From positions 1 through 41,353 of the forward strand of contig JBBIRR010000035.1 of assembly GCA_037441705.1 (NCBI GenBank): 41,353 nt of DNA, read 5' to 3'. The translations under genes were made by a program, and so were the position numbers. Positions 38,247-41,353 of the stretch are shown in pieces. Below the pieces are notes generated by a model. The model was not told where the DNA came from. It saw nothing but the letters and a program-made list of their open reading frames with translations, and did no database searches. How positions within the stretch are numbered: the first letter of the stretch is position 1; each line of letters starts with the position of its first letter. The stretch comes from Ignavibacteriales bacterium (lineage in GTDB: Bacteria > Bacteroidota > Ignavibacteria > UBA10030 > UBA6906).

Positions 38247-38465
38247 ATGGCAAAACAAGGTCCTATCAAAGTCGACGGTACGATCACGGAGACATTGCCG
38301 AACGCAATGTTCAAAGTGGCTTTGGAAAACGGACACGAAGTGCTGGCGCACATTTCGGGGAAAATGAGAATGAACTTTATCAAGATTCTCGTGGGAGACA
38401 AAGTGACCGTTGAACTATCGCCGTACGACCTGACAAAAGGCAGAATTACGTATCGCTACAAGTAA
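38247..38465 (+). CDS. infA: Translation initiation factor IF-1
   Basis: [30 protein letters not shown]. Confidence 0.99.
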   Translation: MAKQGPIKVDGTITETLPNAMFKVALENGHEVLAHISGKMRMNFIKILVGDKVTVELSPYDLTKGRITYRYK

Positions 38466-38496
38466 CCATCGTTGTGATGGTTGAGGAGACACGAGT

Positions 38497-38610
38497 ATGA
38501 AAGTACGTTCATCGGTTAAACGGATATGCAACAACTGCAAGATCATCCGGCGCAACGGCGTTGTGCGCGTGATCTGCAAGAATCCGAAACACAAGCAGCG
38601 TCAAGGTTAA
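38497..38610 (+). CDS. rpmJ: 50S ribosomal protein L36 (zinc-binding form)
   Basis: Translated by hand (too short for the track): [37 protein letters not shown]; GAGGAG SD. Confidence 0.97.
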   Translation: MKVRSSVKRICNNCKIIRRNGVVRVICKNPKHKQRQG

Positions 38611-38635
38611 TTACCACAGAGAAGGAGGAGTCTCG

Positions 38636-39019
38636 TTGGCTCGTATAGCTGGCGTCGATCTACCGAAGCGGAAGCGCTCGATCATCGGACTGCAGTACAT
38701 CTACGGTGTGGGCGCGACGACGGCAAGGAACATTCTTGCCAAGGCGGGCGTCGATCCCAACAAAAGAATCGGCGACCTGAGCGACGATGAAGTCGCCCGG
38801 ATCCGCGGCATCATCACATCCGACTACAAAGTCGAAGGCGCGCTGCGCGGCGAAGTGCAGTCCAACATCAAGCGGCTGATGGATATCGGCTGCTACCGCG
38901 GCCTGCGGCATCGCAAAGGGCTGCCCGTGCGCGGCCAGCGGACGCGTACCAATGCGCGCACGCGCAAAGGCAAGCGCAAGACGGTTGCAGGCAAGAAGAA
39001 AGCAGTATCCAAGACGTAA
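38636..39019 (+). CDS. rpsM: 30S ribosomal protein S13
   Basis: [32 protein letters not shown]; TTG start. Confidence 0.99.
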   Translation: MARIAGVDLPKRKRSIIGLQYIYGVGATTARNILAKAGVDPNKRIGDLSDDEVARIRGIITSDYKVEGALRGEVQSNIKRLMDIGCYRGLRHRKGLPVRGQRTRTNARTRKGKRKTVAGKKKAVSKT

Positions 39020-39054
39020 CCTGAACGGAAGTTTTTTACTCGGAAGGAGGACCG

Positions 39055-39453
39055 GTGGCCAAGACCACGTCAACAGAAGTTGTTAAGAAGAAAAAGAAAA
39101 TCTCCGTTGATATCAGCGGGAGAGCCTACATCAAGGCAACGTTCAACAACGTCATCGTGACGATTACGGACGTGTACGGCAACACGATCAGCTGGTCGTC
39201 TGCCGGCAAGAACGGATTCAAGGGGTCGCGCAAGAACACGCCGTTTGCCGCGCAGGTGAGCGCTGATGCGGCGGCCAAGGCGGCCTATGCATTGGGGCTG
39301 CGGAAAGTGGAAGTGTTCGTGAAGGGTCCCGGTTCGGGACGTGAAGCGGCCATCCGCGCCTTGCAAACGGCCGGGTTGGAGATCACGACGATCCGCGACG
39401 TGACGCCAATTCCACACAACGGCTGCCGACCGCCGAAGCGACGACGAGTGTAA
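39055..39453 (+). CDS. rpsK: 30S ribosomal protein S11
   Basis: [30 protein letters not shown]; GTG start. Confidence 0.99.
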   Translation: MAKTTSTEVVKKKKKISVDISGRAYIKATFNNVIVTITDVYGNTISWSSAGKNGFKGSRKNTPFAAQVSADAAAKAAYALGLRKVEVFVKGPGSGREAAIRALQTAGLEITTIRDVTPIPHNGCRPPKRRRV

Positions 39454-39477
39454 GGTTTTCACACACAGGAAGAATTC

Positions 39478-40107
39478 ATGGCAAGATATATTGACGCAAA
39501 TTGCAGGTTGTGCCGACGAGAGCGCCAGAAGCTGTTCTTGAAGGGAACGAAGTGTTTCACCGAAAAATGTCCGGTGGAACGACGCGGATACGCCCCGGGC
39601 CAGCATGGCCAATCGCGCCGCGCAAAAGTGTCGGAGTACGGCGTGCAGCTCCGTGAGAAGCAGAAGATCCGGCGCATGTACGGGTTGCAGGAGACTCAGT
39701 TCCGGAACTACTTCGCCAAAGCGTTGAAGCAAACCGGTCGAACGGGCGAAATCCTGGTGAAGCTCCTCGAACGTCGGCTGGACAATACGTTGTACCGGTT
39801 GGGGCTGGCACCGTCGCGCAAATCCGCACGGCAGCTCATCGCGCATGGACACATTCTGGTCAACAACAAACGCGTTGATATTCCTTCCTATCTCCTGAAA
39901 GCGGGGGACACGATCTCCGTCCGGGAAAAGAGCAAGAAGCTGGATGTATTTCATCAAGCGATGAAACGCATGAAAGACACGGCGATGCTGCCGTGGCTGA
40001 GTTTGGACAAGGCAAGCATGACGGGGACGTTTCTGAACATTCCCGAACGTGCCGACATTCCGTTGAATGCCGACGAGCAATTGATTGTGGAGTTGTATTC
40101 GAAGTAA
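39478..40107 (+). CDS. rpsD: 30S ribosomal protein S4
   Basis: PGQHG, QLREKQK, LERRLDN, LIVELYSK; N-terminal Cys cluster. Confidence 0.99.
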   Translation: MARYIDANCRLCRRERQKLFLKGTKCFTEKCPVERRGYAPGQHGQSRRAKVSEYGVQLREKQKIRRMYGLQETQFRNYFAKALKQTGRTGEILVKLLERRLDNTLYRLGLAPSRKSARQLIAHGHILVNNKRVDIPSYLLKAGDTISVREKSKKLDVFHQAMKRMKDTAMLPWLSLDKASMTGTFLNIPERADIPLNADEQLIVELYSK

Positions 40108-40128
40108 TAAACAACAGAGGTGTGTGAT

Positions 40129-41121
40129 ATGACAGCAGGAACCATTCAAATGCCGGAGCGGGTCCATCTCGAAGAAGCGACCCGCAGCGCGACATTTGGA
40201 CGATTTACCCTCCAGCCCCTGGAGCGGGGGTTTGGAACAACCATCGGGAATTCGATGCGACGCGTCCTTCTTTCGTCGCTTCCCGGATATGCCATCACGG
40301 CAATCAAGGTGGATGGTGTTCAGCATGAGTTCTCGACCATCCCCGGTGTTGTCGAAGATGTGCCGGACATTATTCTCAACCTGAAACAGGTCCGCCTGAA
40401 GTTGATCAATAAGAAATCCAACCGGGTGGTTCTCGCGCTGAAGGGACCGAAAGAGTTTACCGCGAAAGACATTCAGGACGCATCGTCGGATGTTCAGGTG
40501 TTGAATCCCGACCTTCACATCGCCACGCTCAATGCCGAGGCGAGTTTTGAAATTGATCTGCGCATCGGGCGCGGCATCGGCTACGTTGTGGCGGAGGAGA
40601 ACAAAACGCCGGATCAATCGCTGGGCGTTATCCCCATTGACTCGATCTTCTCGCCCATCCGCAATGTCCGCTACGTTGTCGAACCGACACGCGTGGGTCA
40701 GCAGACCGACTACGAAAAGCTCACCATCGAAGTGGAAACGGACGGTTCGATCACACCGGGAGATGCGATGGCCTACGCGGGCAAAATCCTGCGTGACCAT
40801 ATCCAGCTCTTCATCAACTTCGATGTCGAGCCGGAATCGGAGCGCGTGGACAGCGAGCACGATCCCGAATTTGCCCGCATTCGGAAGGTGCTGTTGACGC
40901 CGGTGGACGAACTGGAGCTTTCGGTTCGATCGCACAATTGCCTGCGCGCCGCCAACATCCGAACGATTGCCGATCTTGTGCGGCGCGACGAGGCGGAGCT
41001 GCTCAAATTCCGTAACTTCGGTCGCAAGTCGCTCGCCGAGCTGTCCGAAATTATCGAGCGCGAGCAACTCAAGTTCGGCATGGACGTCAACAAGTACATC
41101 GGCGACGTGCAAAACAATTAG
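40129..41121 (+). CDS. rpoA: DNA-directed RNA polymerase subunit alpha
   Basis: PLERGFGTTIGN, HEFSTIPGV, LSVRSHNCL, NFGRKSL; ATG 40129 after GAGG. Confidence 0.99.
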   Translation: MTAGTIQMPERVHLEEATRSATFGRFTLQPLERGFGTTIGNSMRRVLLSSLPGYAITAIKVDGVQHEFSTIPGVVEDVPDIILNLKQVRLKLINKKSNRVVLALKGPKEFTAKDIQDASSDVQVLNPDLHIATLNAEASFEIDLRIGRGIGYVVAEENKTPDQSLGVIPIDSIFSPIRNVRYVVEPTRVGQQTDYEKLTIEVETDGSITPGDAMAYAGKILRDHIQLFINFDVEPESERVDSEHDPEFARIRKVLLTPVDELELSVRSHNCLRAANIRTIADLVRRDEAELLKFRNFGRKSLAELSEIIEREQLKFGMDVNKYIGDVQNN

Positions 41122-41154
41122 CGGGTTCGATATCTCAGCTTAGGACAAAGAATC

Positions 41155-41353
41155 ATGCGCCATAGGAAATCTGGACGAAAACTAAAACGAACGGCCAGCC
41201 ATCGGCGGGCGCTGCTGGCAGCGCTTTCGACGGAGCTTCTGCGCCACAAGCGCATCACCACAACGGTGGCGAAGGCCAAAGAGACGCGGACGGTGGTCGA
41301 GAAGTTGATCACGCGCGCGAAGAATGCCGCCGCGCGCACCGACGCGCCCGCGG
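41155..41353 (+). CDS. rplQ: 50S ribosomal protein L17 (partial, runs off the window)
   Basis: Translated by hand: [21 protein letters not shown]...[10 protein letters not shown]...EKLITRAK. Confidence 0.97.
   Translation, partial: MRHRKSGRKLKRTASHRRALLAALSTELLRHKRITTTVAKAKETRTVVEKLITRAKNAAARTDAPA

Overview
Mostly core-genome window from a fairly GC-rich bacterium. Gene order (secY-map-infA without adk, 89-aa S14), strong Shine-Dalgarno use and sigma70-type promoters suggest a non-Bacteroidia member of Bacteroidota/FCB, e.g. Ignavibacteria-like; this is inference. The first ~9.3 kb is accessory: a SnoaL/NTF2-like gene, the squalene genes hpnC-hpnD-hpnE (no adjacent cyclase), a single-domain response regulator, two tandem DUF1624-type membrane acyltransferases coupled to a secreted GH13 with an N-terminal sugar-binding domain, and a convergent CusF-SCO lipoprotein. 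From 9.6 kb to the end is one co-directional supercluster: tRNA-Thr/Tyr/Gly/Thr, rpmG, tRNA-Trp, secE, nusG, rplKAJL, rpoBC, then the str, S10, spc and alpha operons, ending in a truncated rplQ. I see no mobile-element gene, CRISPR array or defence system. The most unusual points are a tRNA-Gln(UUG) inside the spc operon between rplR and rpsE, no tufB after the tRNA cluster, RpoB with Asn at the E. coli His526 rifampicin site, TTG starts confined to 30S genes among the r-proteins, an apparent CTG start, and several structured intergenic regions.
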